Positions 40,034-50,452 are shown, counted from the first letter of the stretch. The stretch: 64,000 nucleotides of DNA from Treponemataceae bacterium (GCA_963667725.2 CAXXHO010000003.1:2272001-2336000), one strand, 5' to 3'. The notes: generated by a model not told the origin, from the letters alone. Numbers and translations: made by a program.

Positions 40034-40327
40034 ATGAACATCGACGTTCGATCCGTACATTTCGATCTCAGCGAGGAAAGCAGACAGTATCTGGCAACAA
40101 GGGCGGAGAGGATCGGGTACGCGAAGGATATGATCGTCGATCTTCTGTTCGTGATTACGAAGGATTCTAAAAACTATAAACTGGAGGTGACCGTCAACTT
40201 CCGCTGGGGCGTACAGGCCCACCTTCTGGAAACTTCCTTCGAGGTCAATCCGGGAATAGATCTGCTCATGGATAAACTGGATCAGAAAATCTCCAAGGAG
40301 AAAGACAAGATACAGGAAAGGAAATAG
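40034..40327 (+). CDS. hpf: Ribosome hibernation factor HPF/RaiA (short form)
   Basis: MNIDVRSVHFDL..., IDLLMDKLD.KI.KEK.K; downstream of rpoN. Confidence 0.85.
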   Translation: MNIDVRSVHFDLSEESRQYLATRAERIGYAKDMIVDLLFVITKDSKNYKLEVTVNFRWGVQAHLLETSFEVNPGIDLLMDKLDQKISKEKDKIQERK

Positions 40328-40335
40328 ATACCCCG

Positions 40336-40378
40336 AGCCTTCCCCCCGCCTGAAAAGGCGGTTTCGGGAAGGCTTTTT
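40336..40378 (+). terminator. Intrinsic terminator after hpf
   Basis: AGCCTTCCC..CCGCC-TGAAAA-GGCGG..GGGAAGGCTTTTT. Confidence 0.7.
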
Positions 40379-40430
40379 CATAGGCATTGGCGCATTTACC
40401 TTGTTGGCCGTTCGTAGTACACTTGTCCGC

Positions 40431-41426
40431 GTGATAGGAAACGAACCGGCGGTATTTACCGTCCTCGATCTCGTCGATCTGGACCTCAAGGAACAGAACG
40501 CCCTCAGCCTCAAATGCGTAGCGGGCAGGGCAGGATTGGGAAGGCAGATCACCGTGCCCGATCTCAACCGTCCGGGCCTGGCCCTCGCGGGATTCTATGA
40601 ATCCTTCGCGTGGAGCCGCCTTCAGATCTTCGGCCGGGGCGAATGCGCCTACCTCGAGAAACTCGAGGCGGAAAATTCTCTCCAATCGATCAAGACACTT
40701 TTTTCCTATAAAATCCCCTGCTGCATATTCACGAATTCCCTCCAGCCCTCAGAGAATTTTCTCGCCGAGGCGGAAGCTGCCGGTTGCGCCATCCTCACCA
40801 CTAGCCTCAATTCGAGCGAGTTCTCGAGCAGGGTGATCCGCGTGATCTCGGACATATTCGCTCCCAAAACAAGCGTGCATGGCGTCCTTGTGGAGGTTTT
40901 CGGCATCGGGATCCTCCTCACCGGGGATTCCGGCGTCGGGAAGAGCGAAACGGCGCTCGAACTCATCGAACGCGGCCACCGCCTCGTGGCCGATGACGTC
41001 GTGGAAATACGCTGCGTGAACGGCTCCATCCTCATGGGACAAGGCGCGAACAAGGTAATCGGCCATCATATGGAAATCAGGGGACTGGGCATCATAAACA
41101 TCACCCACCTCTTCGGCGTCGGCGCCATCCGCGACAAGAAACAGATCCAGCTGGTCTGCCAGCTCGAAGACTGGAACCCCGAAAAGGTGTACGACAGGAT
41201 AGGCATGGACGAACTCACGACCGAAATACTGGAAGTGAAGGTTCCCAAGCTGGAAATCCCCGTGAAGCCGGGACGGAACATCCCCATCATCGTGGAAACC
41301 GCCGCGATGAACGAAAGACTCAAGAAAATGGGCTATCACTCCGCGAAAGAGTTCAACCAGAACATCATGCGCTGGCTTGAAAGCGAAAACGCGAGAGCCT
41401 TATACTTTTCACGCGACGACTACTGA
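40431..41426 (+). CDS. hprK: HPr kinase/phosphorylase
   Basis: NRPGLALAGF, HGVLVEVFGIG, GDSGVGKSE, LVADD, EIRGLGII, PVKPGRN; start uncertain (GTG 40431 chosen). Confidence 0.95.
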   Translation: MIGNEPAVFTVLDLVDLDLKEQNALSLKCVAGRAGLGRQITVPDLNRPGLALAGFYESFAWSRLQIFGRGECAYLEKLEAENSLQSIKTLFSYKIPCCIFTNSLQPSENFLAEAEAAGCAILTTSLNSSEFSSRVIRVISDIFAPKTSVHGVLVEVFGIGILLTGDSGVGKSETALELIERGHRLVADDVVEIRCVNGSILMGQGANKVIGHHMEIRGLGIINITHLFGVGAIRDKKQIQLVCQLEDWNPEKVYDRIGMDELTTEILEVKVPKLEIPVKPGRNIPIIVETAAMNERLKKMGYHSAKEFNQNIMRWLESENARALYFSRDDY

Positions 41427-41446
41427 TCCTACCACCGGAGCGAACC

Positions 41447-41719
41447 ATGATTGAGATTGAGACGACGATCAAAAATAGGGCGGGTATCCACGCGAGACCA
41501 TCGGCGCTCATCGCGCAGACCGCCGTGAAGTTTTCTTCGAGGATTTTCCTGGAGAAAAACGGCAACCGCATCAACGCCAAATCCATCATGGGCATCATAA
41601 CCCTCGCCGCCAGCTATGGTTCGAAGATTACGATCAGCGCCGAAGGCGCGGACGAGCAGGCCGCCGTCGACGCGATTAAAAACCTTTTCGAAACCGGTTT
41701 CAACGAGGAACTGGGCTGA
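41447..41719 (+). CDS. ptsH: Phosphocarrier protein HPr
   Basis: GIHARP (His15), NAKSIMG (Ser46). Confidence 0.95.
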   Translation: MIEIETTIKNRAGIHARPSALIAQTAVKFSSRIFLEKNGNRINAKSIMGIITLAASYGSKITISAEGADEQAAVDAIKNLFETGFNEELG

Positions 41720-41742
41720 AGCCGGTTCCTTCGCGGTCTTGC

Positions 41743-43053
41743 CTACGGGCAGGATTTCTTAGGGCGCGAAGATAAAAGCTGATCGCAAAGAGAATCGTAG
41801 ATGGGCTCCGCGCCTAAAAACTCAGAAATAAGAACGGCGACCACCGAAACCAGAATGAAAGCAGGAAAATGCCCCAGGCTGCCGGCCATTTCCGTTATCA
41901 GGACCGCCCCGGTTATCGGAGCCCGAACGACGGCGACAAAGAAGGCCGTCATTCCCAGCAGGATATAATTGGCGAGAAAATCGCCCTCTATGCCGAATTC
42001 GGGCAGAAGTACCTGCGCGGCCGCGCCAATCAAGGCGCCGATCGTCAACATCGGGAGGAAAATGCCGCCCGGAGCCCCCGAAGCGTACGAAAACAAGGTA
42101 AAAACAAATTTCCCCGCCAGAAGCAGGCCAATCGTTCCTAAAGGAATTCCGGGAACGGCGATCATCTCGACGAGCTGGCTCCCCCCGCCGGTGATCGAGG
42201 CCATGAAAAGGCTGACAACCGCTGCCGCCGCGAAAGCTATGACGATCCGCCGGCTTTCTCCGGGCACCAGCCTGCCGAAACCTTTCTGGAAGGCGAGCAA
42301 GCCGCTGTTGAAAAGGCTCCCGAGTAAGCCCGAGGCTATGCCTATCATCAGCACCGCGCTGAGATAATGCCGCAAAGGCAAAATTTGAAGCAGATGGATG
42401 TTGAAAACGGCCGAACTCCCGAAAAACAGCCACATGACGGCGTTGGCGCAGAATGAAGCTATGAGGGTGCTCGTCAGCATCGTGGGGGAAAAATTCTTGT
42501 GCAGTTCTTCGATACAGAACAGTACCCCGGCAAGCGGGGCGTTGAAAGCCGCGGAGATGCCTGCCGCCGCCCCCGCTGTCACCAGATAGTGCCGATAGTC
42601 ATGCTTTTGGGTAAGGCTGTCCACCGCATCCCCAACCAGGGCGCCCAGTTGTATGGAAGGACCCTCCCTTCCAAGCGATAGACCAGCGCCGAGCGCGAGA
42701 GACCCGCCGATGAATTTGAAAGGCAGTTCCTTCTTCCAGTCGAAGGCGAGCTTGCGCATGAGCAGAGCTTTTACCTGAGGGATGCCTGAACCCTTGATGA
42801 GCGGCGATCGCTTTGTCATCGTGGCGGTCAGCAGCCCCGCCGCGATGGCCAAGGCCAGCCAGGCGACAAGAAGTACGGCGGAACCGAGAATGGCGTCCAT
42901 GGAAGCTTCGCGGTACTTTTCCAGGAGAGAAATTGCGGCCCTATACGCTACGACGACAAGGCCCGAGAGGATTCCGACCAAGGCACTGCCGCCGTAGATG
43001 ATGACCTTGGGTCTTCTGCTTAATAATTCCTTCAACGTCTTCGGCACCTTCAT
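41743..43053 (-). CDS. ClC family Cl-/H+ antiporter, with no C-terminal CBS/TrkA-C domain
   Basis: GSGIP, GREGP, AAFNAPLAG..F..EE, GIFLP, PIY; start uncertain (43053 vs 43128). Confidence 0.9.
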   Translation of the reverse strand: MKVPKTLKELLSRRPKVIIYGGSALVGILSGLVVVAYRAAISLLEKYREASMDAILGSAVLLVAWLALAIAAGLLTATMTKRSPLIKGSGIPQVKALLMRKLAFDWKKELPFKFIGGSLALGAGLSLGREGPSIQLGALVGDAVDSLTQKHDYRHYLVTAGAAAGISAAFNAPLAGVLFCIEELHKNFSPTMLTSTLIASFCANAVMWLFFGSSAVFNIHLLQILPLRHYLSAVLMIGIASGLLGSLFNSGLLAFQKGFGRLVPGESRRIVIAFAAAAVVSLFMASITGGGSQLVEMIAVPGIPLGTIGLLLAGKFVFTLFSYASGAPGGIFLPMLTIGALIGAAAQVLLPEFGIEGDFLANYILLGMTAFFVAVVRAPITGAVLITEMAGSLGHFPAFILVSVVAVLISEFLGAEPIYDSLCDQLLSSRPKKSCP

Positions 43054-43222
43054 ATATTTTGCGGATTGTATCCGTTTTAATTTTTTTTGAATACTCGTGG
43101 CGATCCTTTCTTGCGTTTGCGCTTGCATGACGGGAATTTTCCGGTTACACTATACAAAAGAATAGGTGTTTCAAGCATTATTCCGGTATAATGAAGCATA
43201 AACCCAAGGATAACGATTCGCG

Positions 43223-43822
43223 ATGAAGCAACTGACCGACAGGCAACAGGAAATTCTGGACTTTCTCACCAGCTTCATCGAGAAAAACTCCTATCCCCCT
43301 ACCGTGCGCGAGACGGCCAAGGCTTTTTCCATTTCCATCAAGGGCGCCTATGACCATATCAAGGCCCTGGAAAAGAAGGGCGCCATAAAGCTTCAGGAGA
43401 ACCGCTCCAGGGCTCTCGAGATCGTCTCAAAAAAAGAAGCCGACAACTCTATCGCCGAAGTTCCCATCCTGGGCTCCATAGCGGCCGGCAATCCCATCCT
43501 GGCCGAAGAAAACTGGACGGGGACGATTCGCGTTCCTTCCGAATACGTACGCTCGGGCAAGTGCTTCGCCCTCCGCATCCAGGGAGACAGCATGAGGGAC
43601 GCGGGCATCCAGTCCGGCGATATGGCCATAATCGAGCAGCGTCCCACCGCGGAAAACGGCGAGATCGTCGCCGCCCTCATCGACGATTCGGCCACGCTCA
43701 AACGTTTCTTCAAGGAAAACAACAGAATTCGCCTCCAGGCGGAAAACCCCGACTACGCCCCCATCTACACCCAGGATGTACGCATCCTCGGCAAGCTCAA
43801 AGCGATAATCCGGAGTTACTGA
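43223..43822 (+). CDS. lexA: SOS repressor LexA
   Basis: LT.RQ.EIL, YPPTVRE, AAG cleavage site, GDSM (Ser), TLKRF (Lys). Confidence 0.96.
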   Translation: MKQLTDRQQEILDFLTSFIEKNSYPPTVRETAKAFSISIKGAYDHIKALEKKGAIKLQENRSRALEIVSKKEADNSIAEVPILGSIAAGNPILAEENWTGTIRVPSEYVRSGKCFALRIQGDSMRDAGIQSGDMAIIEQRPTAENGEIVAALIDDSATLKRFFKENNRIRLQAENPDYAPIYTQDVRILGKLKAIIRSY

Positions 43823-43827
43823 ACCTC

Positions 43828-44865
43828 ATGCCGCCATCAGCACGCCATCCATCGACCTATATCCTCGCCGGTCCCGAAACGGGCAAACGCGAGGCTTTCG
43901 TTCACGAAATCCGGGAGTCTCTCGCGGCGAAGGACGGCAGCCCGCCAGAATACGGCAGGTTCTACGCGGGCGAAGTCTCGCCCGAACAGCTCGTGGGACT
44001 TCTGCAGAACGCTTCGCTCTTCTCGTCGAGACGGGTGATCGAATACCGCAACGCCGAGGCCATCACCGGTAAAGCCGCCATCACCGCCCTCGAAAACTAC
44101 ATAAAAAACCCGGCGGACGATGCCGTCCTCATCCTCGTCACCGAAGGCTATTCCCTCCCCAAGGCGATTGAGGCGGCCGTCGGCCCGGCGAACAAAAAAA
44201 TGTTCTGGGAACTCCGCGACTCGGAAAAACCAGCATGGATAAGGGAAAAATTGTCGAGGGACAGGCTTTCGGCCGACGACGCGGCCATCGACGTCATCCT
44301 GGAGCTTGTCGAGAACGAGACATCGGCGCTGGAGTCGGCATGTCTGGTGCTGGCCGCCTGTTTTCCCGAAGGAACCCGTCTGAGCGCCGAAGAAATCGAG
44401 GCGGTGCTCTCGAAATCGCGGCAGGAAGACGCCTTCAGCCTTTTTGACAGAATGGCGGGAAGCGATCTCGCGACGGCCCTTGGCGTGCTCGACACGCTGC
44501 TTGCCGACAGGCAGAGCGAACCTTCGCAGATTATCGCCGCTCTGGTGTGGAGCTTCCGCAAGCTCGAAAAGCTGCAGCGGGGCGTCTCCGAGGGCTTGAG
44601 CCCCGAGGAAATCTTCAGGCGCGAAAAAATCACGAGCAAGGCCGGACAGAAAAAATTCAAGGCGGCCATGCACCGCTACGCCGTCGAGGACTGCGAACGC
44701 ATCGTGAGGGCAGCCTCGGAGACGGAGGGAGCCCTGCGCGGCGGATTCCCGGCATCTTTCTCCCGCCCCCTCCTCCATCTCTTCATACGTTCGGCCATGG
44801 TCTTAAAAGGCCGAGGCCTCATCTTGTCGGGATGGAAGGAACAAGAGTACTATCTTTCCGATTGA
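43828..44865 (+). CDS. holA: DNA polymerase III delta subunit
   Basis: YILAGPE.G, SLFS.RR, length and spirochaete-type gene context. Confidence 0.8.
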   Translation: MPPSARHPSTYILAGPETGKREAFVHEIRESLAAKDGSPPEYGRFYAGEVSPEQLVGLLQNASLFSSRRVIEYRNAEAITGKAAITALENYIKNPADDAVLILVTEGYSLPKAIEAAVGPANKKMFWELRDSEKPAWIREKLSRDRLSADDAAIDVILELVENETSALESACLVLAACFPEGTRLSAEEIEAVLSKSRQEDAFSLFDRMAGSDLATALGVLDTLLADRQSEPSQIIAALVWSFRKLEKLQRGVSEGLSPEEIFRREKITSKAGQKKFKAAMHRYAVEDCERIVRAASETEGALRGGFPASFSRPLLHLFIRSAMVLKGRGLILSGWKEQEYYLSD

Positions 44866-44878
44866 AGCCAAAGGATGG

Positions 44879-46060
44879 ATGATGTCGAACACCATTAGAA
44901 AGATCGAACTGTCGAACCGTGCCATCACCCTGGTCGGGACCGCCCATATCTCGCACGAAAGCGTGGCCGAAGTCTCGGCCATCATCGAGCAGGAAAAGCC
45001 GGGCCATGTCTGCGTGGAACTGGACAGCAGCCGTTACCAGTCGATGACCCAAGGTTCGCGCTGGGAAAACCTCGACATCGGGAAAGTGCTCAAGGAAGGC
45101 AAGGGCTTTTTTCTCCTGGCCAACCTCGCCCTCTCGGGTTTTCAGAAACGCATGGGAGAGGGAATAAACGCCAAGCCGGGAGAGGAAATGCTCGCCGCGG
45201 TTCAGGCCTCCGAGGCAGCCGGCATCCCCTGGTCCTGTTGCGACCGGGACGTCCAGATCACGCTGAAACGCGCCTGGGCGCGGTCCAATCTGTGGAACAA
45301 GTCGAAGCTTCTCGCCAGCCTCATCGGCTCGTCTTTTTCCAACGAAAAACTCTCGGAAAGCGAAATAGAGCAGCTGAAGGACAAGAACGAGCTGGAACAG
45401 ATGATGAACGAGCTCGCCGACTACCTGCCTTCGGTCAAGGAAGTCCTCATCGACGAGCGCGATCGCTACCTCGCGGCTAAAATATTCGAGAAAAAGGAAG
45501 AGAACGTCGTCGCCATCGTGGGCGCCGGCCACATGGCGGGCATTGAGACCTGGCTGCGGAAGCTGGATAAGGGCGAGGCGAATCCCGACGTATCCGAAAT
45601 CGACATGGTGCCGCCACCCTCGAAACTGTCCAAATACATAGGGTGGATAATCCCGCTCGCCATACTCGCCCTCATCGTCGTCGGTTTTTTTCGCTCCGGC
45701 GGACAGGCTAGCCTTGAGCTGATGCTCAGGTGGGTGCTGCTGAACGGCTCACTCGCCGCCATCGGCTCGGCGCTCTGTCTCGCCCATCCGCTGACGATAG
45801 CCGTATCCTTCCTCATGGCGCCCATAGCCACGCTCAATCCCCTCGTGGGAATCGGGCTCTTCGCCGGCGTCGTCGAGGCATACTTGAGAAAGCCCAAGGT
45901 TCAGGATTTCGAGCGGCTCGCGGACGATGTCACGAGCGCCAAGGGATTCTACAAGAACAGGGTCACCCACATTCTTCTCGTGTTCTTTCTCTCCAGCATC
46001 GGGGGAATGATAGGCAACTTCATAGCCCTGCCCCTGCTGGCCTCGGGCGCGATCGGCTAA
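44879..46060 (+). CDS. TraB/GumN (pheromone shutdown-like) protein with C-terminal TM region
   Basis: LVGTAH.S, VCVELD..R, PG.EM, DR....T, ERD, VAIVGAGH. Confidence 0.9.
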   Translation: MMSNTIRKIELSNRAITLVGTAHISHESVAEVSAIIEQEKPGHVCVELDSSRYQSMTQGSRWENLDIGKVLKEGKGFFLLANLALSGFQKRMGEGINAKPGEEMLAAVQASEAAGIPWSCCDRDVQITLKRAWARSNLWNKSKLLASLIGSSFSNEKLSESEIEQLKDKNELEQMMNELADYLPSVKEVLIDERDRYLAAKIFEKKEENVVAIVGAGHMAGIETWLRKLDKGEANPDVSEIDMVPPPSKLSKYIGWIIPLAILALIVVGFFRSGGQASLELMLRWVLLNGSLAAIGSALCLAHPLTIAVSFLMAPIATLNPLVGIGLFAGVVEAYLRKPKVQDFERLADDVTSAKGFYKNRVTHILLVFFLSSIGGMIGNFIALPLLASGAIG

Positions 46061-46063
46061 GAA

Positions 46064-47719
46064 TCAGCGTTCCTGGGCTTTTTCCACCATCTCGAAAATC
46101 GTGGGCATGAGCTGCTTCTTTCTCGAAAGGACGTCCTTCAGCATGTAGATTCCCTTCTTGGGTGAAGGATAATTCACGTAGTTGTAGAGATCGCTCTCGG
46201 CGTCGAGGAAGAGAATGCTCTCCAGCTTGGTGATGTCCGTCGCCATAAGGGCGGCGAGGTAGGATCCCGTCTCGGCGCGCAGATGAGCGAGCCCCTCGAG
46301 AATCTCGGCGCCGCGATCCATGATCTCCGCCGTGCTCGTCAATTCGATCTGGCTTACCGAAAGCTTTTTCCCCGACGACTCGTACTCCTTCCTGTCCACT
46401 CTCACCATCTTGTCGGCTGGCAGACGCGCCGCTTCCGAAGCCGAGGTCATGATGTCGAGCCCCACAGCCTCTATCGAAAGATCGGTAATGTTGGAAAGGT
46501 ATTCGGCCATGTCCCTGTCGATATCAGTCGTCGTGGTGGATTTCAGGACCAGGGTGTCGGAGAGAATGCCGCAGAGAAGGATGGAGGCGAATTGCTTCGT
46601 CAGCGGCGTATGGGTTTCCCTGAACATCGAGGCGACGATGGTGCTCGTGGATCCTACGACCTTGTTGATGAAGGTGATCGGATAGGGCGTGGAGAAGGAA
46701 CCCAGCCGGTGATGGTCGATCACTTCCTGGATGCGGTAGTGGTCGATACCCTCGACGGCCTGCGAAAACTCGTTGTGATCGACCATGATCACTTCGATGT
46801 TGGCTTCCTTGATGAGATCGCCCTCGGTGAACAGCCCGATCACCTTCCCTTCATCGTCCACGACCGGCACCGACCTGCTCGGGGATTTGGCGATGGCCTG
46901 CTTCGCCGTCTTTATCCAGTCGCGGCGGCCAAGCGGAACTATCCCCTCGTCAGCCACCGTGATGACCGGCGCCGAATAGAGCACAAGCAGCGACGTGGAA
47001 GAAGTGTCGTAGGGCGAGGTGAGGATGGAGACCCCTTTCTTTTCGGCGAGATCCTTCACTTCCTTGCAGGGCAGGATGCCGTTCGTGATAATGATGGCCT
47101 TCGCGCCCGCCTCCACGGCGATGCGCTGCGCGTCTTCCCTGTCGCCCACGAGGACGATCTTGTTGTCCGCCGGCTCGGCATGGATATAGTCCCGGAATTT
47201 TTCCGTGCTCAAGGCCACCACCACGATTCTGGCGTTGAACACCGTATCCTTGTCGAAGACGACGAGGGGCTGGGCTTTGATCGTCGCTATAAGGTGGGAC
47301 AAGGATGTGGGGATCACTGCTTTATGGCGGGGATTGATCTTGGTGAGGATATTCTGCGCGAAGGCGCTGTAATGGAGCATGGCGCGGTACTTGCCCTGGG
47401 CGTCGACGATGGGCAGGACCTGGCGGTTGGCCTTTTCCATGATCGAAAGCGCTTCCCACAGCGGCACCATCTCGTCGACGCAGACGGGAGCCTCGCCGAG
47501 ATAGTAGTCGACCTTGGGAACGAGATCGGGTATGAATTCCGGGAGGGGAACATTGAATCGGTGAAAAATATACTCGGTCTGGGGATTGACCGCGCCGGCT
47601 CTTGCCGCGAGGGTGTTGCCGAAACCGAGGGCGCGTTTCAGGGCCGCGTAGGCTGAGGCCGAGACGACGGAATCCGTGTCGGGGTTTTTGTGCCCGATGA
47701 CATAGGTGATTTTTTCCAT
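46064..47719 (-). CDS. ppaC: Mn-dependent inorganic pyrophosphatase with CBS/DRTGG insert
   Basis: GHKNPDTDS, CBS pair with VGDR, VDHNE, IDHH, SDT, SRKKQ. Confidence 0.93.
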   Translation of the reverse strand: MEKITYVIGHKNPDTDSVVSASAYAALKRALGFGNTLAARAGAVNPQTEYIFHRFNVPLPEFIPDLVPKVDYYLGEAPVCVDEMVPLWEALSIMEKANRQVLPIVDAQGKYRAMLHYSAFAQNILTKINPRHKAVIPTSLSHLIATIKAQPLVVFDKDTVFNARIVVVALSTEKFRDYIHAEPADNKIVLVGDREDAQRIAVEAGAKAIIITNGILPCKEVKDLAEKKGVSILTSPYDTSSTSLLVLYSAPVITVADEGIVPLGRRDWIKTAKQAIAKSPSRSVPVVDDEGKVIGLFTEGDLIKEANIEVIMVDHNEFSQAVEGIDHYRIQEVIDHHRLGSFSTPYPITFINKVVGSTSTIVASMFRETHTPLTKQFASILLCGILSDTLVLKSTTTTDIDRDMAEYLSNITDLSIEAVGLDIMTSASEAARLPADKMVRVDRKEYESSGKKLSVSQIELTSTAEIMDRGAEILEGLAHLRAETGSYLAALMATDITKLESILFLDAESDLYNYVNYPSPKKGIYMLKDVLSRKKQLMPTIFEMVEKAQER

Positions 47720-47800
47720 TGAGCGTCCAGTATAAAGCAGCGGCGCGGCTCTGGCAATCTTCTGACCGCTGATTTATGCCATCGCCGCCGTAATGAAGCC

Positions 47801-49747
47801 TCAAGTCCGAGGCAGGCCGAACAGCACTATGGTACGGGCGGGCGCGATCGCCGGGGTCGATTCTCCCAACGGCGACTCGGTTTCCAGCACCTGGGTCCTG
47901 TCGGACAGATTAATGAGGCCGTGCAGCTCGCCGTCCCTGGAGAAGAAGCGGTAGATATCGGGGTTCGACAACGAATAGCGCTCAACGCCGAAATCCCTGG
48001 TCCCCAGCTTTTCGAAAAGGGCGAGCAGTTCGCGCGTGAACTCGGGCTCGGAGAGACCGCCGGCTTCGGCGCCCGCGGCATGTGTGGCATTAGCGCTACC
48101 GCCCGCGGCTTCGGCGCGCTCCACGCCGAACTCCGAAGGATCATCCGACATGAGAAGCTGCGACGCGAACATCCGCCCCGCAAGGCCGATGAGGAACTTT
48201 TCGTTATCGACCAACGTTGTTTTTCTGGTGCGGCAGAAAATAACGTCGGGATCGTTGAGAAGGAGGGTTCCGTCGAGGAAGGACCGCGCGAGCGTGTGGC
48301 TGATATTAACCTTGGCCGAAGGCCTTCCCTGGTGGCCGATGAGCTTTAGGAGCGGCCAATCCCAATGTTCCCTCGTGTCGGCGCCGACGCGCATCAGCGG
48401 CATGAGCGGCGCCGTGCTCTCCACGGGAGCCCCGCAGGAGAGCCACGCGACCGGCCGGCCATCCTTCGCGCGCTTCATAGACGTTATGCGTTTCAATACG
48501 CGGACATAGTGTTCCCAATGCCCGCCCGGCAGGCCCGCGTGAATGCCGCGTAGCATGCCAGCATACAGGAAATCGAGCTTGAGGTAGCGAAAACCCCACT
48601 CGTTGACTATGGCGTCGAAAAGACCGACGAGATACTCTTCGACATCGGGAAGCGAGAGATCGAGACAATAGACATCGCCGCCCCAGCCAGGATTCCATCC
48701 GGCGAGCACAAGCTTGCCCCTTGAGTCCCGCAGCAGCCACTCGGGATGCTCGCGCGCCGCGGCGCTTTCGGGCATGACGAGGAATGGCGCCACCCACAAT
48801 CCGGGGATGAAACCTTTCTCCGTTATGCGGCCCGCGAGCGGCGCGACGCCATTCGGGAATTTCGCCGCGTCGGGAATCCAGTCGCCGACGCGTTTTTCCC
48901 AACCGTCGTCGATCTGAAATACAACCGGTTTCCCCTTTTTAAGGAACATGACATTCATGAGATTGTCGTTCTCGCCCAAGGCATCGAGATCGCGAAGAAT
49001 GATGCCCTCGTCGATGGCGAGGTAATGATTGTACCAGGTTTCGAATCCGCCGATAGGTTCGCGCATCGCGACGTTTCCGCCCAGGAAGGAAAGTTCCCCG
49101 AAGCGGCCGGCCGCGCCAAAGAGCTTCGCCAACCTATCTTTGAGGCCGAAATAGCCCGACGCGGGTATGATCGCGATGCGCGCCACGACCTCACCCGCGC
49201 GGAATGATCCGCCTTCGGCGAAAACGGCGATCCTCAGGCTTTTCGATCCGACGAAAAATGTGACCGGGGGGAGAACTCGGCTTCTATCGGCGGTGGCGTT
49301 ATGCGAAACCAATGCAAGCCTCGCGTTTCCGGCGCGCAGGACGACAAAAAAATGCGAGACCATATCGGGCTTCCATGAACCAAGAAGGCTGCGGCGGCCA
49401 TTTCCAGCCAGAGCCTGAACCGCCTTCTCCGCCGGATGGTCGACAAAAAGATTCAGGGAAGGTTTCAGGATTGCCCGCCTCGGACGCTCGTTCCACCGCA
49501 GCTCACCCGAGAAGGACCAGGACTGCCAGCCGTTGACGAGGACAAGCCTCGAGCGGGCATCGGCAAAATCCCCCGACTCGCATAGTTCTTCTATGGGTAT
49601 ATCGGCCACGACCTGCATAGGTGAATCAGCGGTAAAGTCGCGCGCGCAGCGCAGGACCAGGAATATGGCGCCCGCGGCATCGGCGCCCGAGCTGTCTGCG
49701 CCCGCAGCCTCGCGCTCGTATCGTTTTTCGAAATCGATGGCATCCAT
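47801..49747 (-). CDS. GH36 alpha-galactosidase-like glycoside hydrolase
   Basis: NGWQSWS, FQIDDGW, KFPNG, GLWVAP, YLKLDF, RVGAD, NDPD. Confidence 0.85.
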   Translation of the reverse strand: MDAIDFEKRYEREAAGADSSGADAAGAIFLVLRCARDFTADSPMQVVADIPIEELCESGDFADARSRLVLVNGWQSWSFSGELRWNERPRRAILKPSLNLFVDHPAEKAVQALAGNGRRSLLGSWKPDMVSHFFVVLRAGNARLALVSHNATADRSRVLPPVTFFVGSKSLRIAVFAEGGSFRAGEVVARIAIIPASGYFGLKDRLAKLFGAAGRFGELSFLGGNVAMREPIGGFETWYNHYLAIDEGIILRDLDALGENDNLMNVMFLKKGKPVVFQIDDGWEKRVGDWIPDAAKFPNGVAPLAGRITEKGFIPGLWVAPFLVMPESAAAREHPEWLLRDSRGKLVLAGWNPGWGGDVYCLDLSLPDVEEYLVGLFDAIVNEWGFRYLKLDFLYAGMLRGIHAGLPGGHWEHYVRVLKRITSMKRAKDGRPVAWLSCGAPVESTAPLMPLMRVGADTREHWDWPLLKLIGHQGRPSAKVNISHTLARSFLDGTLLLNDPDVIFCRTRKTTLVDNEKFLIGLAGRMFASQLLMSDDPSEFGVERAEAAGGSANATHAAGAEAGGLSEPEFTRELLALFEKLGTRDFGVERYSLSNPDIYRFFSRDGELHGLINLSDRTQVLETESPLGESTPAIAPARTIVLFGLPRT

Positions 49748-49843
49748 CTCCGCCTACCTCTCGTGATCGGGAGCGCCGGGCCTTCATCAAGGTGGCGCCG
49801 ATGGGATATAGTAACACCCACACGATATTCGAGGAATCACGGA

Positions 49844-50416
49844 ATGATCAGACTTTACGCTTTCCTTGGCAATTACGGAAAAGAATACTCAGGCAACAGG
49901 CATAACGTGGCGTGGCAGTTCCTCGACTCCCTCCGGCTGAAGGGCGACCTTTCCTGGGAACACAAGTACAAAGGCAGAGTGGCGTCCAAGGAGATAGGAG
50001 GCGAGCGCGTCTGGTTCCTCATGCCCGAAACCTACATGAACAATTCGGGCGAAAGCATCGGCGACCTGATGCGCTTCTACAGGATGGAACCGTCCGAAGT
50101 GCTCGCGATCCACGACGACCTGGAGATGGCCTTCGGAACTTTCGGCTTCAAGTTTTCGGGAGGCCTGGGTGGCCACAACGGCCTCCGCTCCATGGAAAAG
50201 CACCTGGGCACCCGTGATTTCGCGCGCCTGCGCTTCGGGATCGGCAGGCCCGACCATAGCGACGTAGCGGGATACGTCCTCTCAGACTTCAAAAAGGACG
50301 AGAAGGAAATCCTGGACACGGCCGTTTTCCCGCGCGCCGAAAAAGCCCTGCAGGAATGCCTGGACAAGGGTTTCGAGGGCATGGCGGAGCAGTACAAGAA
50401 AGTCCTCTGCCTCTGA
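49844..50416 (+). CDS. pth: Peptidyl-tRNA hydrolase
   Basis: LGN.G.EY..NRHN, PETYMNNSG, HDDLE, GGHNGLRS, RLRFGIGRP. Confidence 0.95.
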   Translation: MIRLYAFLGNYGKEYSGNRHNVAWQFLDSLRLKGDLSWEHKYKGRVASKEIGGERVWFLMPETYMNNSGESIGDLMRFYRMEPSEVLAIHDDLEMAFGTFGFKFSGGLGGHNGLRSMEKHLGTRDFARLRFGIGRPDHSDVAGYVLSDFKKDEKEILDTAVFPRAEKALQECLDKGFEGMAEQYKKVLCL

Positions 50417-50427
50417 CTTCGCCGTGA

Positions 50428-50452
50428 CGGCGGCGCCGGAATGGCGCCGCCG
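50428..50452. terminator. GC-rich hairpin between convergent pth and era
   Basis: CGGCGGCGCC-GGAAT-GGCGCCGCCG; no U-tract. Confidence 0.4.

Noticed and set aside
43062..43073. CGGATTGTATCC repeated at 56664-56675
   Set aside because: A single 12-mer match containing a -10-like hexamer, with no shared context
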